Shown here: positions 14,942 to 23,884 of the stretch, piece by piece
How the letters are laid out: every line of letters begins with the position of its first letter
Numbering within the stretch: position 1 is the first letter of the stretch
Virus record (IMG/VR): IMGVR_UViG_3300043410_001823
Location: 1 to 64,000 of that record
From: a virus
DNA length: 64,000 nucleotides
Direction: 5' to 3' (one strand)
Translations under genes and position numbers: made by a program
The notes under the pieces: generated by a model
Told to the model about the DNA's origin: nothing
Databases searched by the model: none
The model's input: only the letters and a program-made list of their open reading frames with translations

Positions 14942-15934
14942 ATGGAAAAGTTAAAAATAGAGTGGATGTTTGAGCGTGGACACGACTTGGACAACAATAT
15001 TGAATTATTGCATAAGCTAGATGACAATGGGTTTTATTGCATTTTAATTAGGACTATTTCTTTTTATCCCGATCCTTGGGGTGTTGCATATAAATACGCT
15101 TCAGTAACTAAAAATATTAAGTTTATGTTGGCCATTAATCCAGCACAGATGTCACCAACATATTGTGCCATGAAGATATCAACCTTTCAAAAAATTTTTG
15201 GAAATAGAATTCTTATTAATATTGTGTCTGGTGCCCATAAAGGTGAACTAGCTAGCTATGGAGATATTACACCTATTGAAAGTAGATATAAGCGATCAAA
15301 AGAATATGCGGAGATCATTAAACGCTTGGTCGTGTCTGGTCGCATTGAAAACTATAATGGTGAGTTCTATAAGCTTAGTGATGTAGATATAATGCCTGGA
15401 GAAGACTTTGAGATTGTTTTTGCTGGATCATCTGATGAAACTATTGAAAATGCAAATACCGCTGGGAATGCACATTATTATTCCATGGAAACCCTTGATC
15501 AATATATTAAAAATAGGCACAAGATATTGGTAGACTCTGCAATTAAGGCAACTATTATTGTAGAGCCTAATAGTAATCAAGCTTGGAAAGTAACAGAAGA
15601 CATATTAAGCAGCAGTTCTGACGAATTAGTTCAAAAATTAAAAGAAGAGTCTCTGCAGCATGAATCTCAAAATCAAAAACACCAACAGGCATTACACAAT
15701 TTTTCTAAAGATAATCTTGTCATTGAGCCAAATATTTGGTCTGGATTTGGATTAGTAAGGGCTGGAGGAATAACTGCAATGGTTGGAGATTATCAAGAGG
15801 TTGCTCATCTAATAAAAAAATTTCATAATGCTGGATTAAATAGGCTGTTGTTAGGCGGGACCCCTGAATTATATTATGTAGATAACTTTGTTAATGGAGT
15901 AATGCCAATATTAAAAGAAATGGATGTGATCTAA
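14942..15934 (+). CDS. LLM-class flavin monooxygenase, alkanesulfonate monooxygenase SsuD-like
   Basis: DPW, KFMLAINP, RILINIVSG, FAGSS, PNIWSGFGLVRAGGITAMVG. Confidence 0.8.
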   Translation: MEKLKIEWMFERGHDLDNNIELLHKLDDNGFYCILIRTISFYPDPWGVAYKYASVTKNIKFMLAINPAQMSPTYCAMKISTFQKIFGNRILINIVSGAHKGELASYGDITPIESRYKRSKEYAEIIKRLVVSGRIENYNGEFYKLSDVDIMPGEDFEIVFAGSSDETIENANTAGNAHYYSMETLDQYIKNRHKILVDSAIKATIIVEPNSNQAWKVTEDILSSSSDELVQKLKEESLQHESQNQKHQQALHNFSKDNLVIEPNIWSGFGLVRAGGITAMVGDYQEVAHLIKKFHNAGLNRLLLGGTPELYYVDNFVNGVMPILKEMDVI

Positions 15935-16680
15935 TGCATAGATCTTTTTATCATTTACACATACCAAGGACTGGTGGTACACATTTTGAGTATAATATGT
16001 TTTCATCAATTAAGCCTATTTTAAATCAATACAACGTAAAAATGCAAAATCTTAATGAAGATGCTACTGCTCATTGGTGCTGGTTTACACCACTGATTAA
16101 CAGTGATACGTTTATGTATGCAGCATTTAGAGATCCAGTTTTACGCACAATAAGCCAATTTGCAAATCAAGCAAAACAAGCCATAAAATATTCGCCAACG
16201 CCGTATAAAATATCAGACATAAATAAAAAAAGTTTTCACAATTGGCTATATACAGATTTTAATAAATATAAAAATGTTCAGTCTAAATGTTTACTATATT
16301 ACAATCCAGACCATTCTTCATATCTATCTTCAACAGGGATAACTTGGAAGCAAGATGAGGTTCCTGAAAAATCACATTATATGTTTGATGATGTTTTTAT
16401 TAATCAAGAAATAAATAAAGATTTATTAATGTCTAATTTTAACAGAATCAATTTAAAAGTTAATACTGTTGATCTTTCAAATATCAGTAAGCAAAAAAAA
16501 ATATTAAAAAACATATTAAATGCATTTGAAATAAAAGAAAAAATAAATATATCTAATATCAAAAATGTAGACTATTCTACAGGAATGACACTAGATATAT
16601 TTAATAGCTTAACCTCAAAAGAAAAACAAAGCCTATACGAACATCAAGATTCAGATTCCGAGCTTTTCTTTTCTTTATAA
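15934..16680 (+). CDS. Sulfotransferase-family protein
   Basis: HLHIPRTGGT (5'-PSB) and FRDPVLRTISQF (3'-PB). Confidence 0.8.
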   Translation: MHRSFYHLHIPRTGGTHFEYNMFSSIKPILNQYNVKMQNLNEDATAHWCWFTPLINSDTFMYAAFRDPVLRTISQFANQAKQAIKYSPTPYKISDINKKSFHNWLYTDFNKYKNVQSKCLLYYNPDHSSYLSSTGITWKQDEVPEKSHYMFDDVFINQEINKDLLMSNFNRINLKVNTVDLSNISKQKKILKNILNAFEIKEKINISNIKNVDYSTGMTLDIFNSLTSKEKQSLYEHQDSDSELFFSL

Positions 16681-16731
16681 GGCATATAAAGTTTAGCCTC
16701 GTTATCAGCTATATTGTTGTTAGCAAAAATA

Positions 16732-17490
16732 TTAAATACCCAATTCACGACGTTTTTGAGTAGCACTAATAGCTTCAATTTCATCTCCTAACTTAACTTG
16801 TTCAATTTTATATCCAACATCACGACCATAAACAATATTAGTAATGTTAGGCATCTTAACTATCATTGCATTCTTCATGTGCTCATCTTGATCAATAAAT
16901 ACCTTTACCTGCTCAAATGTGAGTGGGTCTTTAGGGGATGTATTATACGTACTTCTGACCCCTAGCATTACCTGCTCTGTTCTATTTCCAGCTTCATCAT
17001 AAAGAGCATGGTGTCCAGCATGCCATGGCTGATATCGACCTAACATTAATGTAGTTGGTTCATACCAATCGTGCAAATTAAACCCTGCGATGATAGTTTT
17101 TGCCTTCTCATCTGGATTTAAAGTATGGCTATTAAATACCACATCTGCATTTTCTGGTTTCTCAAACATATCGTTTGTATCTTTAAATCTTCCAGATTCA
17201 ATTGTATCCATGAAAATCAACACGTCTGGTGTACCAAATGAATTACGTGTAACTTTAGTTGGACATACAAAATCTACTACCACATGGTGTCCTTGCTTAC
17301 CAATAAGTCTTGCTAGTTCACCAAGTCTACGAGCTTGCTCAATTCTACTTTCAATACTAAACCCTAAATCTGAATTAACGGTAGCACGAGTTTCATCTCC
17401 ATTAAGATGAATTGCATTAATTCTATCTGCTAATCTTTTTGCTAATGCGGTTTTACCAGATCCTGGCAAACCTATAATCTGAATAATCAT
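16732..17490 (-). CDS. cysC: Adenylylsulfate kinase fused to a HIGH-type nucleotidyltransferase domain
   Basis: GLPGSGKT, LNGD.TR, DLGFS..R; C-terminal GRYQPWHAGH and ISAT. Confidence 0.8.
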   Translation of the reverse strand: MIIQIIGLPGSGKTALAKRLADRINAIHLNGDETRATVNSDLGFSIESRIEQARRLGELARLIGKQGHHVVVDFVCPTKVTRNSFGTPDVLIFMDTIESGRFKDTNDMFEKPENADVVFNSHTLNPDEKAKTIIAGFNLHDWYEPTTLMLGRYQPWHAGHHALYDEAGNRTEQVMLGVRSTYNTSPKDPLTFEQVKVFIDQDEHMKNAMIVKMPNITNIVYGRDVGYKIEQVKLGDEIEAISATQKRRELGI

Positions 17491-18152
17491 TGTTGCTCCT
17501 TACCAAATTCATAAATATACACAAATCCTTCTGAAAATACTGAAGGTATCACAAATCTTTTTTCTACATCATACGCATCTACCATTATACAAGCCATATA
17601 ACTATTAGTTTTTTGTAACTTGGACCAATTTTTATCTAAAAATTTTTGAAACAAGTCAATAGAAAATGGTTGAAATAAACAATACATATTATCATTTTGA
17701 CTATAATCAAAATCAAATGCATCCATTTCTAAAACAGTAACAGGCTTGTCTATATTAATATTTGTTGTTACTAAATTTTGTTTGCAAATATCCGCATATA
17801 CCTTATCTGCCTCTATGCATATATATTCTGAATATGGAGCATTATTTAGTAAGGAATAAAGCATTGGCTTTCCCTTACCAGATCCAATATCAACAAAACG
17901 TAAATTTTTGTCTCGATGTTGTTCAAAAAATCTGTTAATAATGTCAATCCAGTGAAGTGGAATAGGCTGATAGCCTTCTGATCCAGGAACAACATCGGTG
18001 TTATCGTATGCTGAAGGTCTCATGATATCAGGTTCGCTATCCACTGGAACTATTGGACTAGCTGTATCAACATTATACTTTTTATCAAAGTTTTCAAAAT
18101 TTAAACAATCTGATCTATATACATGTTGAAGTTGTTCTTTTGAGTATTTCAT
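17487..18152 (-). CDS. Class I SAM-dependent methyltransferase
   Basis: FVDIGSGKGK, CIE, MDA, LFQPF. Confidence 0.85.
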   Translation of the reverse strand: MKYSKEQLQHVYRSDCLNFENFDKKYNVDTASPIVPVDSEPDIMRPSAYDNTDVVPGSEGYQPIPLHWIDIINRFFEQHRDKNLRFVDIGSGKGKPMLYSLLNNAPYSEYICIEADKVYADICKQNLVTTNINIDKPVTVLEMDAFDFDYSQNDNMYCLFQPFSIDLFQKFLDKNWSKLQKTNSYMACIMVDAYDVEKRFVIPSVFSEGFVYIYEFGKEQQ

Positions 18153-18436
18153 TTTGTCTCCATTGTTAATGCCTGCCAAGTGTTGGCCCACTCTTGCTTA
18201 GTCTTATGGCTAGTAAACTCTTTAGATATTTCGCCACCTTCTAAGTATATACCGCCCCAGATACCCCATTCCTTTGACGATACTCCCACAGCAAAACATT
18301 GCCTCATAACGGGGCAACCCTTGCATAAAGAATCAACCATTAGTCTAGATTGCATATCTTCTTCATACTTATCAAAGAAAATATTTGTATCTAACCCAAG
18401 ACAGTCTGCATTATCTTTCCACAGATGCTGTCTCAA
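18149..18436 (-). CDS. whiB: WhiB-family Fe-S transcription regulator
   Basis: C...FF...CxxCPV..QC...GIWGG. Confidence 0.9.
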   Translation of the reverse strand: MRQHLWKDNADCLGLDTNIFFDKYEEDMQSRLMVDSLCKGCPVMRQCFAVGVSSKEWGIWGGIYLEGGEISKEFTSHKTKQEWANTWQALTMETK

Positions 18437-18438
18437 TT

Positions 18439-18648
18439 TTATCCCCTATACTTATTGGGAATATCCCAACCATTTCGACTAGGGGAATATGTGCGATGAA
18501 GAAACCATTCTCCATTGATACGGATACCGTTTGGCGATGTACGTGCAATGTCTGACTTCTTCAAGTCAATAACATTCCAACCATTCCAGATCAAGTTGTT
18601 GTTCTTTTGAACAATCTTTTCCATTGTGTTTAAGCTTTTGATAATCAT
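18439..18648 (-). CDS. Hypothetical protein
   Basis: ORF with AGGAG RBS. Confidence 0.7.
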   Translation of the reverse strand: MIIKSLNTMEKIVQKNNNLIWNGWNVIDLKKSDIARTSPNGIRINGEWFLHRTYSPSRNGWDIPNKYRG

Positions 18649-18655
18649 GTTTCTC

Positions 18656-19015
18656 CTAGTATGCGAATATGCCTAATTCAATATTGTGTTCTTCAGCTTC
18701 TTTAGCTAACTTAGATAATGGCTGACGTGGATTAGATAAAAATGCAAAGTAATTCACATACTCAATATTTTCACTAACCCATTGTGGTGGCACCTTATAA
18801 TTTTTAATTTTCATGCCACGCTTTTTCATGCTGTTTTCAGAAATATTTGTAAATTCTGAAACCATAGAATTAATTCTAACAGGACCTGCAGAATAAATCA
18901 AGAACTCATGATCGTCTTGTGGCATAACTGATAGAGCTACGCCCATAGATCTTAGAAAGACTTGATAATTGTCAAAGTCATTCGTTCCCTGAACCACTAC
19001 TATCATTTGCCCCAC
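18656..19015 (-). CDS. Hypothetical protein (SLOG-like fold possible)
   Basis: IVVVQGT..F.NY..F start. Confidence 0.6.
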   Translation of the reverse strand: MGQMIVVVQGTNDFDNYQVFLRSMGVALSVMPQDDHEFLIYSAGPVRINSMVSEFTNISENSMKKRGMKIKNYKVPPQWVSENIEYVNYFAFLSNPRQPLSKLAKEAEEHNIELGIFAY

Positions 19016-19418
19016 TCCCCATTTTTAAACTATCTAATATGTCTAACATTTTATTTAAATCTTTTTCAGGCATATTAATTATGTCCAATGGTTCTGCTGT
19101 CTCAGGATCTATTCTCCCATCGATAGTCTGAGCAACAAAAAACGTATTGTCCATAACCCAATATGCCTCATTCCCTACCATAACTACTTTAATCATGTTT
19201 TTATGTACATGATTCCGTGATTGTGATACTGGAACTTTTTTTTCAGTAGAGCGTCTAGGAATATAATCTTTGATGATTTCATGAATATCGCTTTGCTTAT
19301 ATTCAATTTCACCTAAGAAATTAAACCTGCTTCTACTTACTACCTTAAGTATAGTCCAAATTGTCTCAATTGTCAATACCGTTGTAGCAATAAATAATAA
19401 ATTTTTGTAATTCATCAA
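18978..19418 (-). CDS. Membrane-anchored hypothetical protein
   Basis: N-terminal TM segment. Confidence 0.65.
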   Translation of the reverse strand: MMNYKNLLFIATTVLTIETIWTILKVVSRSRFNFLGEIEYKQSDIHEIIKDYIPRRSTEKKVPVSQSRNHVHKNMIKVVMVGNEAYWVMDNTFFVAQTIDGRIDPETAEPLDIINMPEKDLNKMLDILDSLKMGSGANDSSGSGNE

Positions 19419-19424
19419 AAATCT

Positions 19425-19652
19425 CTATTCAGATTTTTGAATGTTATTATAAAAAAATCCAGTCCAGGTTGATTCTGCAGACTTTTTAGCTTCTCTTGCT
19501 TGTGAAGCATAGATAGCTGCTTGCTGCTGTATTGCAGCCTCTCTAGTTGGATGGCATCCGTGAACTTTGCCTTCGCCACCCACTACTGGAAATCCCTTAC
19601 AACCATGTGTTCCTTTAGCGCCTATAATAAAACGCCCTTTACCTGCTGGCAT
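19425..19652 (-). CDS. Hypothetical phage protein
   Basis: AGGAGG RBS; GCHPTREAA motif. Confidence 0.65.
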   Translation of the reverse strand: MPAGKGRFIIGAKGTHGCKGFPVVGGEGKVHGCHPTREAAIQQQAAIYASQAREAKKSAESTWTGFFYNNIQKSE

Positions 19653-19695
19653 AAACACCTCCTAGTGTGTAATTAGATTATACCACTTTAGACTA

Positions 19696-19956
19696 TTACT
19701 CAGAAGGCTGATTAATAAATGCTTCTAACTGTTCACGAGTCTGTGCGCCAGTAGTTCTTGCTATTTCTTTATTGTCTTCAATTAATACAAATGTTGGAAC
19801 AGATTGAATTTGATAAGATTTTACTAATTCAAAGTTTGAATCAACATCTATTAACTGAAACTTAATATCACCATCTCGATCTAAATCTGCAACTATTGGC
19901 TTTACTCTTTTACAAGGCCCACACCAATCTGCTGTAAAATAAAATACATGTCTCAT
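19696..19956 (-). CDS. Thioredoxin
   Basis: FTADWCGPCK, VPT. Confidence 0.92.
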   Translation of the reverse strand: MRHVFYFTADWCGPCKRVKPIVADLDRDGDIKFQLIDVDSNFELVKSYQIQSVPTFVLIEDNKEIARTTGAQTREQLEAFINQPSE

Positions 19957-20360
19957 TTTCCACTCTTCTTTCTTTGTGCTGCCAGTGCTTCAAAATCTTT
20001 AATTTTAGTATCTCCAAGATATCCCCATGCGTATCCATCGTTAATCATTTTATTGTTAATTGATTCTGAGTCTCCATCAAGATATACCCAGCCAAGAATA
20101 CGACCATACTTTTCAGACGAATCCATCTTTTCTGTGCGAATGACAACAGACTTTGCAGACTTTATGTGCTTTTTTAGATATTCTTTAGCTTCAAGACCAA
20201 GAGCTTTTTCCATCTTATCTGAAGTTCGTGACTCTGGTGTATCTATGCCAGCAAGTCTTACTCTTGATTGAAATAAGATATCAAAACCAAGATCAATAAC
20301 TACATCAATGGTGTCTCCGTCAACAACATTTGTTACATCTTTAACAAAATACTCATACAT
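19953..20360 (-). CDS. Thermonuclease (SNase-like)
   Basis: VVDGDT, RVRLAGIDTPE, KYGRILG. Confidence 0.9.
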   Translation of the reverse strand: MYEYFVKDVTNVVDGDTIDVVIDLGFDILFQSRVRLAGIDTPESRTSDKMEKALGLEAKEYLKKHIKSAKSVVIRTEKMDSSEKYGRILGWVYLDGDSESINNKMINDGYAWGYLGDTKIKDFEALAAQRKKSGK

Positions 20361-20583
20361 TTTCAATCAGCCTATCTCTTTCATCAATCACAGACACCAT
20401 AAACTTCATCATCTTATCATAGCCAACTGCATTATCCATTACTGCATTGTAATGGTGTGAGCAAAACAATAATTCTCCTGTCTTGCCCATCACCTTTACA
20501 TAAGCCTGTGCAGAACATCTATCGCAACGATCTGTTGCATCTAGTACCCAAACCTGTTGCTGTTCAATTGTATCCACACTCAT
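20353..20583 (-). CDS. Actinobacterial-type Zn-binding small protein
   Basis: DRCDRCSAQAYV...LLFCSHH; start may be GTG 20577. Confidence 0.7.
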   Translation of the reverse strand: MSVDTIEQQQVWVLDATDRCDRCSAQAYVKVMGKTGELLFCSHHYNAVMDNAVGYDKMMKFMVSVIDERDRLIENV

Positions 20584-20592
20584 ATTATACTG

Positions 20593-20778
20593 CTACTTTC
20601 TATTATCGGTTTTATAAAAACCAGGTCCATTAAAAACTACTCCGAAACTAGAGTATACCTGTTTTAAAGGTGCTTTGCAAGTTTCGCAGCAATACCCTGG
20701 ATCATCTTCTTTAATAGATCGTTGCTTTGGAATAATTCCTTCACAACCATTGGTGCAAGTATATTCATACAGAGGCAT
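20593..20778 (-). CDS. FmdB-family zinc ribbon protein
   Basis: MPLYEYTC...C..C...F.G.GFYKTD. Confidence 0.85.
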   Translation of the reverse strand: MPLYEYTCTNGCEGIIPKQRSIKEDDPGYCCETCKAPLKQVYSSFGVVFNGPGFYKTDNRK

Positions 20779-20996
20779 CAGTTAATCTTGCTTCCAAACT
20801 TAGCCCATGCACGTTCGTGTAAGAAGAAGCCAAGCATCTCACATAGTGTATATATGATTGCAAATGTTCCAGCATATTCCCAGTGTGCTTCTCCAGTAAT
20901 AGCCTTTTCAAAAAAATAAACCAATGTTCCTACAAAGCTAATATGAATAACTGGCCATGTGATAGCTTTATAAAGACTTCTCTTTTTTGATTCCAT
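20778..20996 (-). CDS. DUF2061 membrane protein
   Basis: ESKKRSLYKAITW...FLHERAW. Confidence 0.8.
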   Translation of the reverse strand: MESKKRSLYKAITWPVIHISFVGTLVYFFEKAITGEAHWEYAGTFAIIYTLCEMLGFFLHERAWAKFGSKIN

Positions 20997-20997
20997 T

Positions 20998-21786
20998 TTA
21001 TTTTACGCCTTTTAGTCTACGGAATGTTTCTTCATCAACAATACCCGTTGCCTTGATCTTCTCTTTTGTTTGAAAAGCTTTAACAGCTTTTTCAGTTCCT
21101 GGACCAAAGTCACCGTCAGAATTAATCTTAAGTAAAGCCTGAACATTCTTAACGGCTTGACCCTTTGCACCCTTTTTAATTGGCTTAAATAGTTTAACTG
21201 CTGGGACTTCAACTCCCTGTGACTTTGCAACTTCAGCAAGTGCCACCTTCTTTTCTTCTAAAGTCTTTACTGGTGCAGTACCTGCATCTGGGAAAGGAAT
21301 AACTGCCCATCCATCAATAAATACTGGAAGACCCTTTTTATTTGGTCCGTATGCACGAAGCTTTAGACAAGCTTCTCCACCATTTGCCTGTGAGCCCTTT
21401 TTCTTATCAGGCGTTGTATTTCCTTCACCTGTCCAACAAGTACCATCCCCGTTGTCTTCAAGAATAACACCAACGTGATCAATATCTCTGCCACCTGGAA
21501 AATTAAAAAATACTGGTGATCCAGGAAGTGGACGAGCACCCTTACCCGCCTTAACATACTGACCACTCTTCTTAAATGCTGCTACACCTGCGGGTGTATA
21601 AACAACACTTGGAATCTTAATTCCTGCTTGATTAAAACACCACATAACGAATGAACCACACCATGGCAAGAAGTTTGCCTTTGTGAATGCTCCATACTTT
21701 GTTTCGTTATCTTTTGGACCCTCTACGTATCCAATTTCTTTTCTAATAACTTCTAGCAATAATGCTAGTGTACCTTTTTCTGCCAT
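20998..21786 (-). CDS. Endolysin (CHAP/NlpC-like domain plus peptidoglycan-binding domain)
   Basis: PWCGSFVMW, DHVG, EGNT; DGDFGPGTEKAVKAFQ. Confidence 0.88.
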   Translation of the reverse strand: MAEKGTLALLLEVIRKEIGYVEGPKDNETKYGAFTKANFLPWCGSFVMWCFNQAGIKIPSVVYTPAGVAAFKKSGQYVKAGKGARPLPGSPVFFNFPGGRDIDHVGVILEDNGDGTCWTGEGNTTPDKKKGSQANGGEACLKLRAYGPNKKGLPVFIDGWAVIPFPDAGTAPVKTLEEKKVALAEVAKSQGVEVPAVKLFKPIKKGAKGQAVKNVQALLKINSDGDFGPGTEKAVKAFQTKEKIKATGIVDEETFRRLKGVK

Positions 21787-21817
21787 AAATCCTCCTAAGA
21801 TTCATTTAATTATATCA

Positions 21818-22093
21818 TTAAGCAGTCTTTGCTGTCAACCTTATATGTGTTCTTATTCTATGACAATTAGCACAAACTACTTCACATTTTTCAATTTCTT
21901 TAGCAATTGCTTTCCAAGAAAATCCATCGTGAATCATTCTTGATATGTTATATTTTTTATTATGTAGATGATCAAAATCTAGGACAATGTGATTTGTTTC
22001 TCCACAGTCCGTACACCCACTGGCCTCTTTGATCTCTGCCAGCTTTTTCTTAAACTGCTGCTTTTGTCTATGTAACAACTGCTTATCAGTCAT
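21818..22093 (-). CDS. HNH endonuclease-like protein
   Basis: CTDCGE...LDFDH...CEVVCANCHRIRT. Confidence 0.8.
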   Translation of the reverse strand: MTDKQLLHRQKQQFKKKLAEIKEASGCTDCGETNHIVLDFDHLHNKKYNISRMIHDGFSWKAIAKEIEKCEVVCANCHRIRTHIRLTAKTA

Positions 22094-22114
22094 AAAAACA
22101 TTATATCAGGATAT

Positions 22115-22204
22115 AAAAAGCCCCACACAGGTAATTCAAGCACGATGGCCCGTTGGTCATAAATATGGGTAACTAATCCATCTCTAAGGTCCTGTGTGGG
22201 GACT
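22115..22204 (-). ncRNA. Candidate stand-alone sRNA of about 90 nt
   Basis: Own TGATATAAT promoter (22218-22210), 11-bp terminal stem CCCCACACAGG/CCTGTGTGGGG, internal GATGG/CCATC helix, ends in TTTTT. Confidence 0.55.
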
Positions 22205-22210
22205 ATATAA

Positions 22211-22678
22211 TTATATCAGATTGTCTAAAATAAAAGCATCAATCATTTTTGGGTCAGCTGCTGGTCCAAAATTGTAAACCTTGCCATCAAACCCAATAAG
22301 GAACTTTTCAAAATTCCAGCCAATGTCGTGACCATCTTTGTAAGCACTCTTTAAATGTTTATATAGTGGGTGAGCATTGTCACCGTTGACATCGATCTTA
22401 GATGCAATTGTAAAAGTTATCTTATAAGTACTACAAAATGATGAGATTTCTTCATCGGTACCTGGCTCCTGCTCTCCAAATTGATTGCATGGAAAAGCAA
22501 TAATTTCAAGCCCCTTACTCTTATACTTTTCATATAAGTCTTGCAGTCCTAAATATTGTGGTGTAAAACCACACTTACTTGCCGTATTAACTATCAGTAG
22601 CATTTTGCCAGCGTAGTCTGATAGGTTTTTTGTTTCCCCTGAATTTGTAACAAAATCAAATTCATCATAATTGAACAT
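22211..22678 (-). CDS. Glutathione peroxidase-family protein (Cys type)
   Basis: VNTASKCGFTPQY, FPCNQFG.QEP, WNFEKFL. Confidence 0.93.
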   Translation of the reverse strand: MFNYDEFDFVTNSGETKNLSDYAGKMLLIVNTASKCGFTPQYLGLQDLYEKYKSKGLEIIAFPCNQFGEQEPGTDEEISSFCSTYKITFTIASKIDVNGDNAHPLYKHLKSAYKDGHDIGWNFEKFLIGFDGKVYNFGPAADPKMIDAFILDNLI

Positions 22679-22700
22679 AGTTTTCTCCTTTTGTTATTTG

Positions 22701-22773
22701 CTGGTCCAGCAGGTCTCGATCCTGCGACATCCGAATTAACAGTTCGGCGCTCTACCAACTGAGCTATGGACCA
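22701..22773 (-). tRNA. tRNA-Asn(GTT)
   Basis: Reverse complement TGGTCCA...CCGAA-CTGTTAA-TTCGG...TGGACCA-G; T-loop variant ATCGAGA. Confidence 0.88.
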
Positions 22774-22780
22774 ATTCCAT

Positions 22781-23668
22781 TTACGATACGTATCCGTATC
22801 CAAGCACCTTTGGAAGTGATGCTATCAAGGCGTCTATCGTAGACGATCCTTTCTTTGCTACAAGCTTTGCTGCAACAACAGGAGTTGCAATAGATGTGCC
22901 AGTCACAGTGATCTTCCATCCTCCGTAAGAAATAATATTCATATCTCCACGAGCAACAAGATCAAGTCCTGGACCGACATTGCTATAGGTTGCAAATGTA
23001 TTGTCTGGCTTTAGTGCTGACACACTTTGTACACCAGGAACGCATGATGGAAATCCAATCATATTTTTCTTTCCATCGTTGCCAGTAGCTACAAATGTAG
23101 GGATGCTCTGCTGATTGAGAACTGCTACTGCACCCTCAAACACCTTATCTGTCGGACATATTCCTGCAGTAAAGTTTGAGCGAGATTGGCTAATAGATAC
23201 AGCATCAATTCCGTACTTTGATGCATTCTTTGATACCCAGTTAATTGCTAGGTCAAGTGAAACATCATCGTTGCGAATCATTGAAAATGTGGGATATTTC
23301 TTAATGCTTGAAATTCTAATGAACACAATTTTTATATTAGGATTAGACAATGATGCAACGGTGCTTACCTTATGTCCGTGGTCAATTCCAGTAATGTCAT
23401 ATGAGCTTGCTGCTGCAGACCCAGCGCCTTCTTGTTGGGTTAGTCCATTTGGACATCCTTCTGCGTAGTATTCTGTTTTACCAGTTCCCTTATTGATGAC
23501 TGGTCCAGTTTTTTCAATAGTAAAGCATGCTTCATAGATGACATTTGACATCTTTGCAGAGTCAATAGCTGTGTCAATAATGGCAATAACCTGTTGATCT
23601 TCTGCATGTGCTGTTTGTGATACTGACACTCCAAGTACTAGTGCTAGTGCAATAGCAATCTTTTTCAT
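22781..23668 (-). CDS. Secreted S8 (subtilisin-like) peptidase
   Basis: Signal peptide; IAIIDT, HG, ATGN, GTSIATP. Confidence 0.85.
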   Translation of the reverse strand: MKKIAIALALVLGVSVSQTAHAEDQQVIAIIDTAIDSAKMSNVIYEACFTIEKTGPVINKGTGKTEYYAEGCPNGLTQQEGAGSAAASSYDITGIDHGHKVSTVASLSNPNIKIVFIRISSIKKYPTFSMIRNDDVSLDLAINWVSKNASKYGIDAVSISQSRSNFTAGICPTDKVFEGAVAVLNQQSIPTFVATGNDGKKNMIGFPSCVPGVQSVSALKPDNTFATYSNVGPGLDLVARGDMNIISYGGWKITVTGTSIATPVVAAKLVAKKGSSTIDALIASLPKVLGYGYVS

Positions 23669-23686
23669 TTATTTCTACCCCTTGTT

Positions 23687-23884
23687 TTAGTTTGTTGTTA
23701 TATTGTCTTCTAATATTTTTAATACTGGGCAACATGGATCTCCACCATCTTCCCATTCTTGCATTTCTTCTTCAGACATATATGGGTCACCATCATGTGT
23801 GCTGCAAAACGGGTCAGACACCCACTTCTGCTCAACACCATACTCTAGCCACTCAATAAAGTCCATTTTTTCTCCCATAATCAC
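23687..23884 (-). CDS. Hypothetical protein
   Basis: FCSTHDG...DPCC. Confidence 0.65.
   Translation of the reverse strand: MIMGEKMDFIEWLEYGVEQKWVSDPFCSTHDGDPYMSEEEMQEWEDGGDPCCPVLKILEDNITTN

Noticed and set aside
22211-22678. Selenocysteine in the glutathione peroxidase
   Set aside because: The active site is encoded as Cys (TGT); no in-frame TGA.
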